From contig JAWQFM010000008.1 of the NCBI GenBank assembly GCA_033442325.1, positions 1,844,287 to 1,908,286 of the forward strand: a stretch of 64,000 nt of DNA. Direction: 5' to 3'. This document shows positions 1 through 18,874 of the stretch, in pieces. Made by a program: the position numbers and the translations under genes. The notes beneath the pieces are model-generated. The model did no database searches. It was not told the origin of the DNA and saw only the letters and a program-made list of their open reading frames with translations. How positions within the stretch are numbered: the first letter of the stretch is position 1; every line of letters starts with the position of its first letter. The stretch is from Salpingoeca rosetta (Eukaryota; Protista; Choanoflagellata).

Positions 1-1549
1 GTCTCACGCCGCTGGTCCAACACACGCTGGGGAGCAGGCAAGTGGCGTGGGGTGAGGTGTGACAAAAACGTGTGAACGGAACTTGGTGTGGAGGTACGCG
101 GGAAGATAACGCAGCCGCAAGCAGAGCATCGCACACACACATGCACACGTACACACATACACACAGACACACACCTACATACATACACACACATACATAC
201 ACACACATACACACATACACACACATACATACACACACACATACACACACACGTGCAATGCACCTGGACATCTGGCGGGATGATCCACGCAGCCTCGATG
301 GCGGCGAGGGACTGGAGCGCCGGCGCTGTTGGGCTCAACGGCTGCGACAACAACGAAAAAAGCATACGTCGTCATTGCAGGTACCACGCACCCATGAGCA
401 CAGCTGTAGCGTTCGCCCACGCAACCAGATATGTACTCATACATGCAGCAGCACGTTTCTCACAGGCAGCCACATCAAGATGCACACACACACACACAAC
501 TTGTACCCAAACGTACAAGAATGTACACACATATGTTCGCATACATACAAGAATGCACTCACATCCACATACACACACACACAAACACAAACGCGCGCGG
601 GGCAGCAACGAACCGTGACGGGCACTTCCTCGACGTCGAGGTGCGTCTGGTCGTCTTTGGTCGGCGGCGCATGCGTTTCAGCAGCATGCGGTGCGGCGGC
701 CTTGGCAGCCGTGGAGTCTAGCTCGCTGTGTTGGCGGGAAAGCTCACCAAGCCCAGCGGGCGCCTGTGCTGTTGCCGGGAGAGCCTGGTAATCGTCATCG
801 TCTGGTGCATCGTCATCGAGGGCCAGGTTCTTGGCTGCTGCCTCCGCTATTGGCGCCGAAGATGGCTCAAGGATGGACCGCGCGCGTGCACGCGACTCCG
901 TGGCCATAGCCTCAAGGAAGTCGTCCGACGTGCCCTCTTCCATCATGATTTGGTTTGTGCCGGTGCCACTGGCTTCGTCTGCATCTTGCTTGTCTGTGTC
1001 ATCCGTGCTCTGCTCCTTCAAGTCGACATCGTCCACAACCACTTCAGGCTCTGGATTCACCGTCACCGTTGCCTCTCTCGCTGTTTTTGAGGGTGGCGGC
1101 GACGCCGGAGGCGCTGCCTGCGCTTCCGCCTGCTCTGATGGCTGCGCTTCTTCCTCTTGCCTTGCATGGTGGTCTGCATCATCGCCCTCAACCTCGTTCT
1201 GTTGGTCCGGTGCATCCGTGTTCCCTGAGGCGTCGTTTGATACCTGTGCTACCATCTGCTGCTGTTCCTCTAGTTCAACCCCTTCTTCCTCACCACCACC
1301 ACCTTCTTCGTGAGCGTCTTCATGATCATCCCCATCACCATCATCGTTGTCTTGTTCACCAGCATCATCAGCAGCAGCATCAACTTGTTTTGCTTCACCA
1401 TCATCATCAGCACCATCACCAGTTTCCTCCTGCTCCTCCTCTCCTTCCAGGCTCACCTCTTCCTCCTCGTCACCTGCTCTTTCCTCATCTTCTCTCCCCT
1501 CCTCCACCTCCACTGCACTCTGCTTATCGCTGTGTTCCTTCTCATCCAT
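1..1549 (-). CDS. Unknown protein with long acidic, disordered N-terminus; 3' end runs off the left edge
   Basis: Exon 1549-614 (MDEKEHSDK...EVPVT, E/D-rich) ends at a GT donor. A further in-phase exon at ~341-264 reads [26 protein letters not shown], and a probable exon at the window start reads RVLDQRRE. Confidence 0.7.
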
Positions 1550-1657
1550 CGTCGTTGTTGTTGTTGTCGTCCTTTGTCGTTCGATGACGTCCTATTTATA
1601 TGGCAATGAGTGTGCTTGTGCTTGAGTGTCTGTGTGTGTCTGTAAATGTGTATGTGT

Positions 1658-1747
<90 letters not shown>

Positions 1748-1985
1748 AGTGTGTGCGAGAGAGGCAGCGCGTCTTGTGGCGAGTGGTCTTGTTCGTGTTC
1801 CGGCGCCAACAGTCCAAGTTGTGAGGAATGACCATGACACCAAACAATTTTCGTCGCCCTTGCTTCTTTCTGGCGCAACGTCTCACTTGCTGCGCTTCTG
1901 GCTTGTGATCCACCCTCATCCACCACACACACCCACACTCACACACCCTCTCTCTCTCTCAAGCAAGCAAGCAGCTCTGTGGACG

Positions 1986-4900
1986 ATGGATCCACACAAT
2001 ACCCGCGTCCGCATCACTTCCCTCCTGTCGTCCATCGCGTGCGTGGTCGTTGTGATTGCAATCACAGCTTGAAGGACTCTTCTCACTCTCATGTGCTCCC
2101 GACTCACTCTCATGCTCCCAACACGGTCCTCCACGTACTCATATGTACACACACGCACACGCACGCATACACACGCTCTCTCTCTCTCTCTCTCTCTCTC
2201 TGTCGTGCATGATGACATCTTGCAGGGACTCAGCAAAGGAGCATGCGGAAAGCAAGGATGACGACAAGGCAACCTGCCGCCCACACAACAAGGACGACTT
2301 TGCTGCGCGCGTCGACACGTTCAAGGTCACCACGTGGTTCAACAAACCAAGCGAGCTATCGTCGCTCCAGTGCGCCCGCTTCGGCTGGACCAACAGCAAG
2401 GAGGACACCCTCACATGTGTTACCTGTCGTTCCATCCTCAACTGCCGCATCGACAACAGCCTCTCCGCCACTTCAGGTGTGTGCGTGTGTATGTTTGCGC
2501 GCGCGTGCGTGCGTGTGTATGTGTCTGTCTGTGTGTCTGTGTGTCTGCCTGTGTCTATCTGTGCACGTGTAGGCTTGGACTTGGGCCACTCTGTCGATCA
2601 AGCTGAAGCTCACACACACACACACACCACACCGCTGCTTATTCACATCCACTTTCTGCTTGACGCTTCATGCAGTGCAATCGTTGGTGGCCAAGTTTGC
2701 CGACAATCTCAAGACGGGTCACAAGACGTGGTGCCCGTGGCGCACCAACTACTGCCGCGTGGAAATGGCACACCCCCCAGTCGAGGACAAGCCGACAGAA
2801 CAGCACTTGATCAACGACAGGTACCGTTGTCGATTGTGCACTTGTATTTCTTCGTGGCTGCTCCCTCGCCAACACTCACACACGCTCACACATTCACTCA
2901 CACACACACGCACACATTCACGCACACACACTCACTCACTCACACACTCACTCACTCACTCACACACACACACTCACGTACACACGTGTTGTTTCCTTGC
3001 TGCGTCCTTTATTTGTGCCGGTTTGCGCTGCAGGCTGCGTTCACTGGTGCGTTTGCACAATTTGCCGCCAACCCGCATCCATCAATCCGTGTTCAACGAC
3101 CTCAAGCGCTTGCACACCGCCCTCAATCGTGCGTCTCCGCAATGTGACATGCGTGTGTGCGTGCGACGCGTGTCCATGCAATGTGTGCGACGACTGTTGC
3201 TGGCTCATCCTGCAATAGACAGGGCGACTGCAGTCTGACCTGTGTCTCACTTGCTCCTTGTGTGTCTGTCTGTGGTGTTGATAGCAGTGGGTGACGCGTT
3301 CGCACCAGTTGACGGCGCTGCCGCCATGAAGGTGGCCCACCTCCTCCTCGCTCTCACGGGATGGAGCAGCGACCAGCAGCCAAACAGGTGCCTACCCGAT
3401 GCTTGCATGCATGGTCGCATGAATACGTGCAGCTGTCGACCAAACGCTACTGTCGTTGTAGTCGTCGCGCATTCGCTGCCCTGTACTTGTGAAGCGTCGG
3501 TGAAGTGTCCCACTCACTCATCCAGTGTGCGTGCATCTTCTTGGCCCCGATACCTCTTCATCTTCACCTCATCTTCACCTCATCTTCACCTCATCTTCAC
3601 CTCATCTTTACCTCATCTTCACCTCATCTTCACCTCATGTCCACTTCGTCAGCTCATCGTCACCTCACCACCTTCCCTCGCCCTCCACCTGGCTTTTCTT
3701 AGAATGGTGCGGACGCTCAAGTGCGGCCTGTGCCAGCGCGCGTGCGCCGTGTGGAACTTCGACCACGTCGTCGATGGCGGTGTCTTTCCAACCAATTGCC
3801 ATGGTGACGGCGGTGGTGGTGGTGGTGGTGGTGGTGGTGGTGATGGTGATGCGTCTGGCGATGGTGATGACGCAGCGGTGGAGGCAGTGGCAGCAACAAG
3901 CACAGCAACCACCACAACAGCAGATGGGAGCGGTGGCGGTGCGCTGGTGGTGTATGAGGGCGGGTTTGAGGACGACACAGCCGCAGCACAAGGCAGGGTC
4001 ACAGCGGCAGCAAAGCAGTTTGCCAACCGGTGGGCTGTGCCCGCAGTGACGCCGCACCATGCAGCAACGGTGCCTGCAAGCACAGAGAAGCAACAGAAGT
4101 GCGAGAAGCAACAGGAGCGTGAGAAGCAACAGGAACACCAGCAGTTGCAGGGTGAGTCTGGGCTGAGGTACGGCAGGAAGGCGATGCAGACGAGTTCAAG
4201 CATCCTGGAGGCGCGACGGCGCGCGGCCATGGGGCTGGACACGGCAGGACCAAGGTCTGCACACTTGCGCGTGTTGGAAAAGTGTGTGGTTGGTTGCTTG
4301 GTTGTTTGAGCCTAGTTGTGTGCGTGTGTGTGTGTGGTTTTGTGTGCGTGTGTGTGTGTGTGTAGCTTTGTGTGCGTGTGTGCGTGTAGCTTTGTGTGCG
4401 TGTAGCTGTGTGTGCGTGGGTGAAACTCATACGCATGGACCTTTGCGCATGGGTGTGCCCATGCATGTACTCACGTGAATTGTGCTGCCTTGCCTTTGAC
4501 GCCACCAACGCAACAGGTTTGGAGCGGCCACGAGCAGCGTGGGCCAGTTTCTGTTTGGTCTCAACTTCAAGTTCAACCCGAACGGTGCGTGTTTCTGCTG
4601 TAGTTGTGCGCACTTACACCTCACCACCGCACCCGTCTCATTACTTGCGCGTATTAACTCGTTGTTTGCCCCGTTGTTCCTGCTTAACACACTCCAAGCG
4701 CCTGTTTTCGTTTTTTGCCTTACATTGAACACCTACAACCCTCAACTCTCCACCGTCGTTATCGTTGCTTGCGCAGCAGCCCATGTGGCCAAAGCAGAGA
4801 CGGCCAAGCGGTCACAGGCGGATGCCCGCACCGCCGCTAACAGCAGCAGTAGTACAACAACCAGTATGGAGGGCGACGCAGTAGAGCCTGCGGCGAAGAA

Positions 4901-5384
4901 GGCCAAGCAACCACACCTGTCCCAGCAGCAGCAGCAGGTACGACAGCGGTCGGTTGGAGGGAAGGCACTTCACTGGGGTGACTTCAACCCCGTCACGAGC
5001 CATCGCCCCTGCTGTGTGTGGGCCAACCCCGAGCGTGCTGCTCAAGTGCTCAGCGTGCTGTTGAACAGCGACAAGAACGCCAGCACCACCACCAGCCGCA
5101 TGGGCAGCGCCACCACAACGCCGCTGAAACAGCCGCACGCTTCATTTGCGCAAAGCCCAGCCGCCACACCATCGCCCGCACAGCAGGCAGCCACAACGCC
5201 GCGTGAGCACCAGCCACAGCAAGACCGCCAGCAGCGCCAACAGCAAGCGGAGGAGGGCGAGCATACACGTGATGAGAGCGCCGACGAAGACCACCACCAC
5301 CACCAGCAGCAGCAGCAGCAGCAGCAAACCCGCTTGGAGAAGGCAAAGGCGGCAGTGGAGGCAGTACGACAAATGTTGAAGTAG
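1986..5384 (+). CDS. ZC3HC1: NIPA/ZC3HC1-like (Rsm1/Pml39) C3HC zinc-finger nuclear basket protein, ~7 exons
   Basis: Exons encode DFAARVDTFKVTTWFNKPSELSSLQCARFGW...LTCVTC and GHKTWCPW (zf-C3HC). The second module is LALTGW, LKCGLCQRACAVWNF and FNPVTSHRPCCVW. ATG at 1986, TAG ends 5384. Confidence 0.88.
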
Positions 5385-5532
5385 TCCGTGAATTTTCTGC
5401 AACCGCCAGAGCAAGCGTCTTGAGCGAAAGGAGCGAGTGAACAGCAGGTATTGGTTGGTGGCAGCCAGTGCAGACACAACAGAGACACAACTGACGAACC
5501 AGCAGACGCAACAGAGAAGGAAACCGGCGACC

Positions 5533-5898
5533 ATGACGGCAGACGCGTGGATTTGGATTATTGCAGTGATTGTTATTGTGTTCCTGCTCTTCTTGATGGT
5601 CTTCAACGTACGTGAACAAACCAACCCGCCCGGCCCCCCCCCAAACAAACCAGAATTGAGATGAGAACCAGTCCACAACTGTGTTTCGTGTGTGTATGTG
5701 GGTGTCAGGGATTTGATGTGCTTGCGCGTGAGCATGTGAGTCAGGTCGAGCAGATGTGAAGCCGGAGAGGACTCATCACGCTCTTTTGATGTGTGTGTTG
5801 TTCGTTTGTTTGCTGCGGTCAACAGTTGCTGGCGTTTGACGAACTTCGCAATGACCACAAGAACCCCGTCGACGTGTCGGCATCCATCAACCCGGTGC

Positions 5899-5969
<71 letters not shown>

Positions 5970-6215
5970 TGTGTCCCTGTGACTGCCCGTTTTGCGTGAA
6001 GGTCGGCCTGTGGTGTCATTTCTGTGCCATGCCTCAAGAAAGTGCTTCCCACCTTCTCACCTTGCTTGCTCATGGATGTTTGCTGTCGCATCACGGTCAC
6101 AGTGGGTGCTTCCCGAGTATGCAGCGCACACTGCACTGACGGTGGTGTTCCTCTTCACCGGCAAATGGGTGTGCTTCGGCATGAACGCCATATTGGTCGC
6201 CTACCATGCTCACAG
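5533..6215 (+). CDS. CNIH: Cornichon/Erv14-family ER cargo receptor (3' exons fall in the gap)
   Basis: Three spliced exons: MTADAWIWIIAVIVIVFLLFLMVFN | LLAFDELRNDHKNPVDVSASINP | WVLPEYAAHTALTVVFLFTGKW...YHAHR. These match the cornichon signature (DELxxDxxNP, LPEY). Confidence 0.92.
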
Positions 6216-6264
6216 GTGTGTTTGATGTGCTTGTGCGTGCGTGTGTGTCTGCGCACGTGTATGT

Positions 6265-6344
<80 letters not shown>

Positions 6345-7109
6345 NNNNNNNNNNNNNNNNNNNNNNNNNNNNNNNNNNNNNNNNNNNNNNNNNNNNNNNN
6401 NNNNNNNNNNNNNNNNNNNNNNNNNNNNNNNNNNNNNNNNNNNNNNNNNNNNNNNNNNNNNNNNNNNNNNNNNNNNNNNNNNNNNNNNNNNNNNNNNNNN
6501 NNNNNNNNNNNNNNNNNNNNNNNNNNNNNNNNNNNNNNNNNNNNNNNNNNNNNNNNNNNNNNNNNNNNNNNNNNNNNNNNNNNNNNNNNNNNNNNNNNNN
6601 NNNNNNNNNNNNNNNNNNNNNNNNNNNNNNNNNNNNNNNNNNNNNNNNNNNNNNNNNNNNNNNNNNNNNNNNNNNNNNNNNNNNNNNNNNNNNNNNNNNN
6701 NNNNNNNNNNNNNNNNNNNNNNNNNNNNNNNNNNNNNNNNNNNNNNNNNNNNNNNNNNNNNNNNNNNNNNNNNNNNNNNNNNNNNNNNNNNNNNNNNNNN
6801 NNNNNNNNNNNNNNNNNNNNNNNNNNNNNNNNNNNNNNNNNNNNNNNNNNNNNNNNNNNNNNNNNNNNNNNNNNNNNNNNNNNNNNNNNNNNNNNNNNNN
6901 NNNNNNNNNNNNNNNNNNNNNNNNNNNNNNNNNNNNNNNNNNNNNNNNNNNNNNNNNNNNNNNNNNNNNNNNNNNNNNNNNNNNNNNNNNNNNNNNNNNN
7001 NNNNNNNNNNNNNNNNNNNNNNNNNNNNNNNNNNNNNNNNNNNNNNNNNNNNNNNNNNNNNNNNNNNNNNNNNNNNNNNNNNNNNNNNNNNNNNNNNNNN
7101 NNNNNNNNN
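6345..7109. other. Assembly gap flanked by (GT)n and (CA)n
   Basis: N run; it should hold the 3' ends of cornichon and of the convergent methyltransferase-like gene. Confidence 0.99.
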
Positions 7110-7124
7110 CACACACACACACAC

Positions 7125-7190
<66 letters not shown>

Positions 7191-7230
7191 CACAAACACA
7201 CACAGAAACACAAACACACATGCGACGCAC

Positions 7231-9732
7231 CTGCACTTGTACCAGCCGTCGTTCTCCCAGGTCCATTCAGATTGTGGCCGCTGCGTTCTGCACTCGGGAA
7301 TCTGTGATTCGGTGACACGGAGACACAAAACCAAGGAAGAAGGAATCGGAGAGCTGTCAGCGACATCCTGGCACAACCCACAACAGAACAGCACGACCAC
7401 ACTCTCACTACTCTCACGCTATCACACTTCCACACTACAATAACAACAAAGTCCATAGGTCCATCGTACCAGTTCAACCACCATCCCTTGGCGTCGCCCG
7501 CACGCGCTGGTGGGAATGCGTTTCAATACTCTGCGCAATGATAAAACCAGGTCAAGGGGGACAGGCGGGCAAGGAGGAGGAGGAGGAGCAAGGCACGTGC
7601 ATTCGTGGTGCGTGGTAAGCCTGTGAGTTTCAAGCAATTCAGTAGGTTCTCTGCTCAACACGCAACCACCTCAGCAATTACAAGTGACGTGTGTGGTCCT
7701 GAATTCTGCGCTTTGCATGCAGGCACTCATGTCAACAAGGGCAGGCGACATTTGGCCCATGTCCTCCTCTCTCTCCTCTCCGCGCCTCGCATCACAGCTT
7801 GACGTACTTCTTGGTTGTAGTGGGACGACGACGGGTTGTTGTCGTTGTCGTGGTCACCTTGCTCTTGCTCTCCTGCTCCTGTTGTTGTTGCTGCTTGCTT
7901 CCCCCGTGTCTGATTGCGTCAGGGCGGAGGTTTACAGCACCACGACCACCGCCCCCTCCGCCTTGCTGGGCGTTGGCGCCAGCAGTGCCTGGACACCACG
8001 CTGATTGCAATTCGTTCTCGCACCGCAGCACGTCAAAAGCCTGCTGGCAGAAAGCGTGACCGGGTGCAAGGGCGAGCCCTTCGCTGACAGCCGTGTTCTC
8101 GATAGCGATCAGCTGGATTGTCTGACGCCCACCGACAAGCGAGTCCACGCGTGTGTACGGAAGCAACGAAAGCGCCTCACGCACCGTCTGGGCACACGCA
8201 CACGACAACGAAGGAGGGCAAGAAGAAACATGGCGAGTGTTGGTGAGGATTCGCGCTGAGACGGGGGGGGGGGACGAGCACAGCGGCAACAATGGTCCTA
8301 AGCATTGACATTTGGGTGAAAGCACAGACCTACAGATACTAAGGACACTGGAGGTTACACCGTGTTGCTCGTGATGTGTGCGTGTGTGCGTGTGGGCATG
8401 TGTATGTGTGTGTATGTGTATGTGTGTGTGTGTGTGCGTGCGTGTGTGTATCGCGGAACGACAGGCGCTTCATGCGTGCACATGGTGCTGGGTTTCAATT
8501 ACCTGAATGGCTGATCCTTTTGAGAACCATGCATTCGCGTCAGCAGCATCGCTATCAGAGGCAGCAAGGACGGGAGTGAAAACAGATGCGTTCATGACAA
8601 ACAGGTGTGAATGACATGCAAAGGTCTTGAAAGGCAGGTCGCGAGAGACACACACACACACAGATGCAGAGGACGCGAGCACACCTAGATGCAGAAATAC
8701 ACACATGGTACGTACACACCCACTCACACGCACACGCAAACACCCACTCACACACGCAAGCACACACCCACACACACTCTCTCTCTCACACATGCACACA
8801 CAAGCACGCACACACAAGCACACAACGGGCAGACGTACGCGTCAACGCGTGGGATTTCGATGACTGTGACACGAGCGAGGGGCACGAGGGCGCGCAGAAA
8901 CGCAGACAACTCCTCAAAGGAGTCCGCATCGATATGGTGGACGAAATCCAGCAGCAGCTGAAAGTCAAAGCGCACGCGCGCAGTTTGCAGCCGCTGGAGC
9001 ATCGCCATGCTTACGCTGGCCTTACACACGGCATTGTTGTCTACACCTAGTGTGGTGAGCACCTGCTCATGGAATTTCACCTTGCCCATCACCTGTGTCA
9101 TGGACAGTGCAAGCGTTTGTCACACATGGTTGGCATGTGAGGCTTGGCTGCGGGGTGCGTGTGTGTGTGTGTGTGCCTGTGTGTGTGCGTGTGCCTCTGT
9201 GTGTGTGTGTGTGTGAATGGGACAAGGGCCAAAGACAACCCACATTTCAACCCTGACCTTGACTTCATAAGGCAGGCTATGCCGTTGGGCAGGATCCACG
9301 TCCCCGCTCTCCACGGAAATGACGGTGGCAAGGGGAAAGGTGGAGGCAAGAGGAATACTAATCGAGCCTAGATTCGAGCCATACTCTAACACTACAAACG
9401 GGTCTTTGCCCTGCAGAAAGAGGGAAGTGCACGTTTGTGCATGTGTGCATGTGTGCATGTGTGCATGTGTGCATGTGTGCATGTGTGCATGTGGGTGTGC
9501 ATGTGAGCTGTGGACTTTTGCCGTGTGTGTGATGACCAGCCAGAACAGAATGTACATGTAAGCAAGCAAGCAAGCAAGCAGGCAAGCAGGCAGGCAGGCA
9601 GGCAGGCACGCAAACATACAAAGGTTGGTCCTTCTACTCACGCCACGTTTCCGTTGATCATCCTGGAGCAATCGCTTGATGACAGACCAGCGATAAAAGT
9701 TTGAATCGGTCACTTGTCCCAGTTGCAGCACG
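7231..9732 (-). CDS. Putative class I SAM-dependent methyltransferase-like protein (internal exons; both ends unresolved)
   Basis: Exons read VLQLGQVTDSNFYRWSVIKRLL, GKDPFVVLEYGSNLGSISIPLASTFPLATVISVES (motif I-like, then an acidic residue after beta-2), RFDFQLLLDFVHH, TVREALSLLPY..., VLKRIPTSAC... and IPECRTQ...WYKCR. Splice phases of the last three exons are consistent. Confidence 0.6.
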
Positions 9733-9857
9733 CTGCAGATTGGAGTTCGAGGGAGGGGGGGGGCGGGTGTTGAGAAACAAGAACTGGTTCACTTCAAGGT
9801 TCAAGCGGACTCTTTCCTCTTTGTCTTGTCAGTCAGTACCCAACCACACGCACATGT

Positions 9858-9948
<91 letters not shown>

Positions 9949-9963
9949 CGCACCGCCTTGCAG

Positions 9964-10315
9964 AACATCTCTGGCGTTCCTGTGATGGGTGCCGAGGGTG
10001 CCATTGTGGGCAACATCAGCGCACGCGACATCTACTTCATTGTCTCTGTGCCGAACAAGCTGCACCTGCTGCACCTCCCGACAACACAGTTCATTGAGAA
10101 GAAAGACCACCAGCAGCGCGGAGGCCATCAGCACGGCCCGCAAGCCCACACGCCACCCGCCACCATTGCCTGCAGGCATGCAGAGGCTTGCGGCAGCCAA
10201 GATCCACCGCATCTATCTGTGCGATGAGAAGAACCACCCCTACCGTGTCATCTCGCTCTGCGATGTTCTTGAGAAGTTCATCAGCATGCCAGAGGTGAAG
10301 TGTGACGTACTCTGA
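9964..10315 (+). pseudogene. Orphan, frameshifted 3' exon of a CBS-domain protein (AMPK-gamma/Sds23-like); pseudogene or assembly mosaic
   Basis: NISGVPVMGAEGAIVGNISARDI and, in another frame, MQRLAAAKIHRIYLCDEKNHPYRVISLCDVLEKF are typical CBS motifs. Acceptor ttgcag ends at 9963. No upstream plus-strand exons are present. Confidence 0.7.
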
Positions 10316-10728
10316 TGATCCCACCGCATGTGTGGCGGCGGGTGAAATGACATGTGTGTGTATGTGTGTGTATGTGTGTGTGTATGTGGCGCATGTGTGT
10401 ATGTGGCGCATGTGTGATGTACATGTGTGATTTCACTGCTTGCTTCCTCCTCCGCTTCCATCCCCTGTTGTGACCGTGTGTTGTGAGTGTGCGTGCGTCC
10501 CATTCCTTGTTTGTTTTCATTGCGTCCAAGAGTAAAGAGAACACAACGAGTACACAGCATGTACTTACTGTGCAGTGTGGTGTATGTGAGTGCGGAAAAG
10601 AGAGCAGTGCAGGTCTTGAACCAACACAACAACATACAACCCCACAGCAAATCGCGTGTTGTTTTTCCCCCATACCAACCCACAAGCCACACAAACAACA
10701 AACAAACAAACAAACAACAACAAGGACA

Positions 10729-16398
<5,670 letters not shown>

Positions 16399-16404
16399 AC
16401 ACAG

Positions 16405-16489
<85 letters not shown>

Positions 16490-17197
16490 GTGCATCTGTT
16501 TGTTTGTAGCCCACCCCCTCCCCAATATTCCTGTGCGTCTCTCCGTGGTGTTGCGTGGCTTATTTCCTTTTCCCTCTGTTTGGCTTTACATTGCATTACG
16601 TGTGCGTGTGTTTGTGTATTGATGACGGGCAGCTGCAGCCGACTCTGTGGACATGAGGCGGGCTGTGGCGCCTTACCCCCCATCGTTCCTTGCGCTCGTT
16701 CTTCGTCCCGCCCTTCCTCTCCAGTCGCTGGTGTTGGGTTGTTTACTGCGGGCTCATCGTTTGAGTGATAATGGAAGGGCACAAACGAGCAAACAAGCAA
16801 GCAAGACTGCCCGCACGAACAACATGACCTGTCACCACTATCCATCGAACCTACGACACAACACAACACAAACACACACCACGTTACAACACGCACACAA
16901 CACATTACCACAACACAACACCAACACACACCACGTGACAACACGCACACAACACGCACACATCACAACACCAACACATCACAACACCAACACACAACAC
17001 AACACATCACAACGACAACTGAAGCAACACAAAGGCTAGCTGAGGAAGCGCAAAACAGATGCGTCTGTCTTGTTGGGGGGTTTGTACAAAAAGAGAGTGC
17101 AACGCACGCACCGCAAACATATAGAAGTGACACAAAAAGTTGAGGTCAACAGGACAAATACACAAGTACACAAACACGTGTACACGCATGAACACAT

Positions 17198-17803
17198 TTA
17201 ACAGCACGACGACGATTCCCTTCTTTGCTTCTTGAGGTCGACGGTGTCATCAAAGTCTGGGGCGGCTTGGGTGCCGTGTTGCAACAGCATCCGCGCTGCT
17301 TGTTGGAATGCGTCCTCCACGTTGCTACCAGTCTTTGCGCTCGTCTCATAGTATGGCACGTTGCCGTTTTCCCTGCACCATGCCCGCGCAGCCTCTGCGG
17401 TGACCTGCCGCTGCTCTGCGAGGTCGGCCTTGTTTCCGAGGAGCAGAAACGGGAATGCGGCGACGTCGTCCACGCTGGCGTGCTTGAGGAACTCGTCCCG
17501 CCACATGTTGATGTTGTTGAAGGAGTTTGGGTCTGTGAGGTCGAAGGTGAGCATGCAGCAGTCTGCGCCGCGATAGAACGGGGTGCGCAAGGAGCGGAAG
17601 CGCTCCTGCCCGGCTGTGTCCCAGATCTGCATGGTGATGGCTTCGCTGCCGACGCGCACGTCCTTGTTCAGCACCTCCACGCCAATGGTGTGGAAGGACT
17701 CCGAGTTGAATTCGTTGCGCACAAACTGCTGCATGAGCGACGACTTCCCAACGCTGCCATCCCCAAGCAGGATGACTTTAACCATCCGCGTGCTTGATGC
17801 CAT
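17198..17803 (-). CDS. RAB9: Rab9 small GTPase, intronless CDS
   Basis: GDGSVGKSSLM, FHTIGVE, WDTAGQERFRSLRTPFYRGADCC (Rab9-specific), NKAD, ETSAK and a C-terminal CC prenylation motif. Confidence 0.95.
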   Translation of the reverse strand: MASSTRMVKVILLGDGSVGKSSLMQQFVRNEFNSESFHTIGVEVLNKDVRVGSEAITMQIWDTAGQERFRSLRTPFYRGADCCMLTFDLTDPNSFNNINMWRDEFLKHASVDDVAAFPFLLLGNKADLAEQRQVTAEAARAWCRENGNVPYYETSAKTGSNVEDAFQQAARMLLQHGTQAAPDFDDTVDLKKQRRESSSCC

Positions 17804-17973
17804 GGCTGGGCCCAGACACGACGGTGAAGCAAGAGGGAGGGAGGAAAGGAGGAGGTGGTGGTGGGGGGGGGCGCAAGGAAGAGGGAGGAGAGAAGGTGTG
17901 TGGATGTTTGTTTGTTGTTTGTGGTCAGTTTCAAAACAACAGTATGCGACAGCATGAAATTACACTTCCACTG

Positions 17974-18081
<108 letters not shown>

Positions 18082-18111
18082 ACACACACACACACAGAGC
18101 GCACGACGAGC

Positions 18112-18204
18112 ATGGCGGATGCGGTGAGGCACGACCTGCGGGTGAAGCGACAGCTCTACACCCTCGTCATCAGGTGAGCTGTGCGCTCTCGCAGCAAAGC
18201 AAAT

Positions 18205-18241
<37 letters not shown>

Positions 18242-18842
18242 AGTTCTTCTCACTGGAACATGGGCACTTTAAGAACGCGTGCGCCCAGAGTTCTTCAGTG
18301 GACCTTCAACGTTCGACACACTAGCACTTTCGCAACACACACACACACACACACATTCACAATAACGCACACACAACACAAACACACAACATACAATGTT
18401 CGCTGGGCTCCAGCCAACTGCTGTTGGACGGACACACACAGGCAGCGCGCGCACTCAAGACATCCTTGGGTTTTGATCGGGACGTGGCACCGTCCAGTGA
18501 ACTCCTCGACACCTTCACAGAAGTGGCCAGTGATGACCAGAAGCAGCTCGTGTCCTCCATCACAACCGCTGCCCCTGGTGCGTCAGGTTTGCCACAAAGT
18601 GTTGCAGCCGGTGGTTGTATTGATTGCGTGCGAAATGTGTGGCGCTCAGTTGTGCGACACATAGATGAGCTTGCGTGCGACGCCTCTCACCTTTCGCTTT
18701 GCTTTGCCTGTTCATCTGGGCCATTGCAACAACAGGACCGGGCCTCCAGTTTAAGAAGGAAGTGGAACCTGCCTCTGTCAAGGCAGACTACATTGAGACG
18801 CTCACGTCGCCACTCACTGGCATTTGCAACTGCGGTACAGTG

Positions 18843-18874
<32 letters not shown>

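Noticed and set aside
6024-7477. Long ORFs spanning N runs
   Set aside because: Artefacts of translating gaps and dinucleotide repeats.
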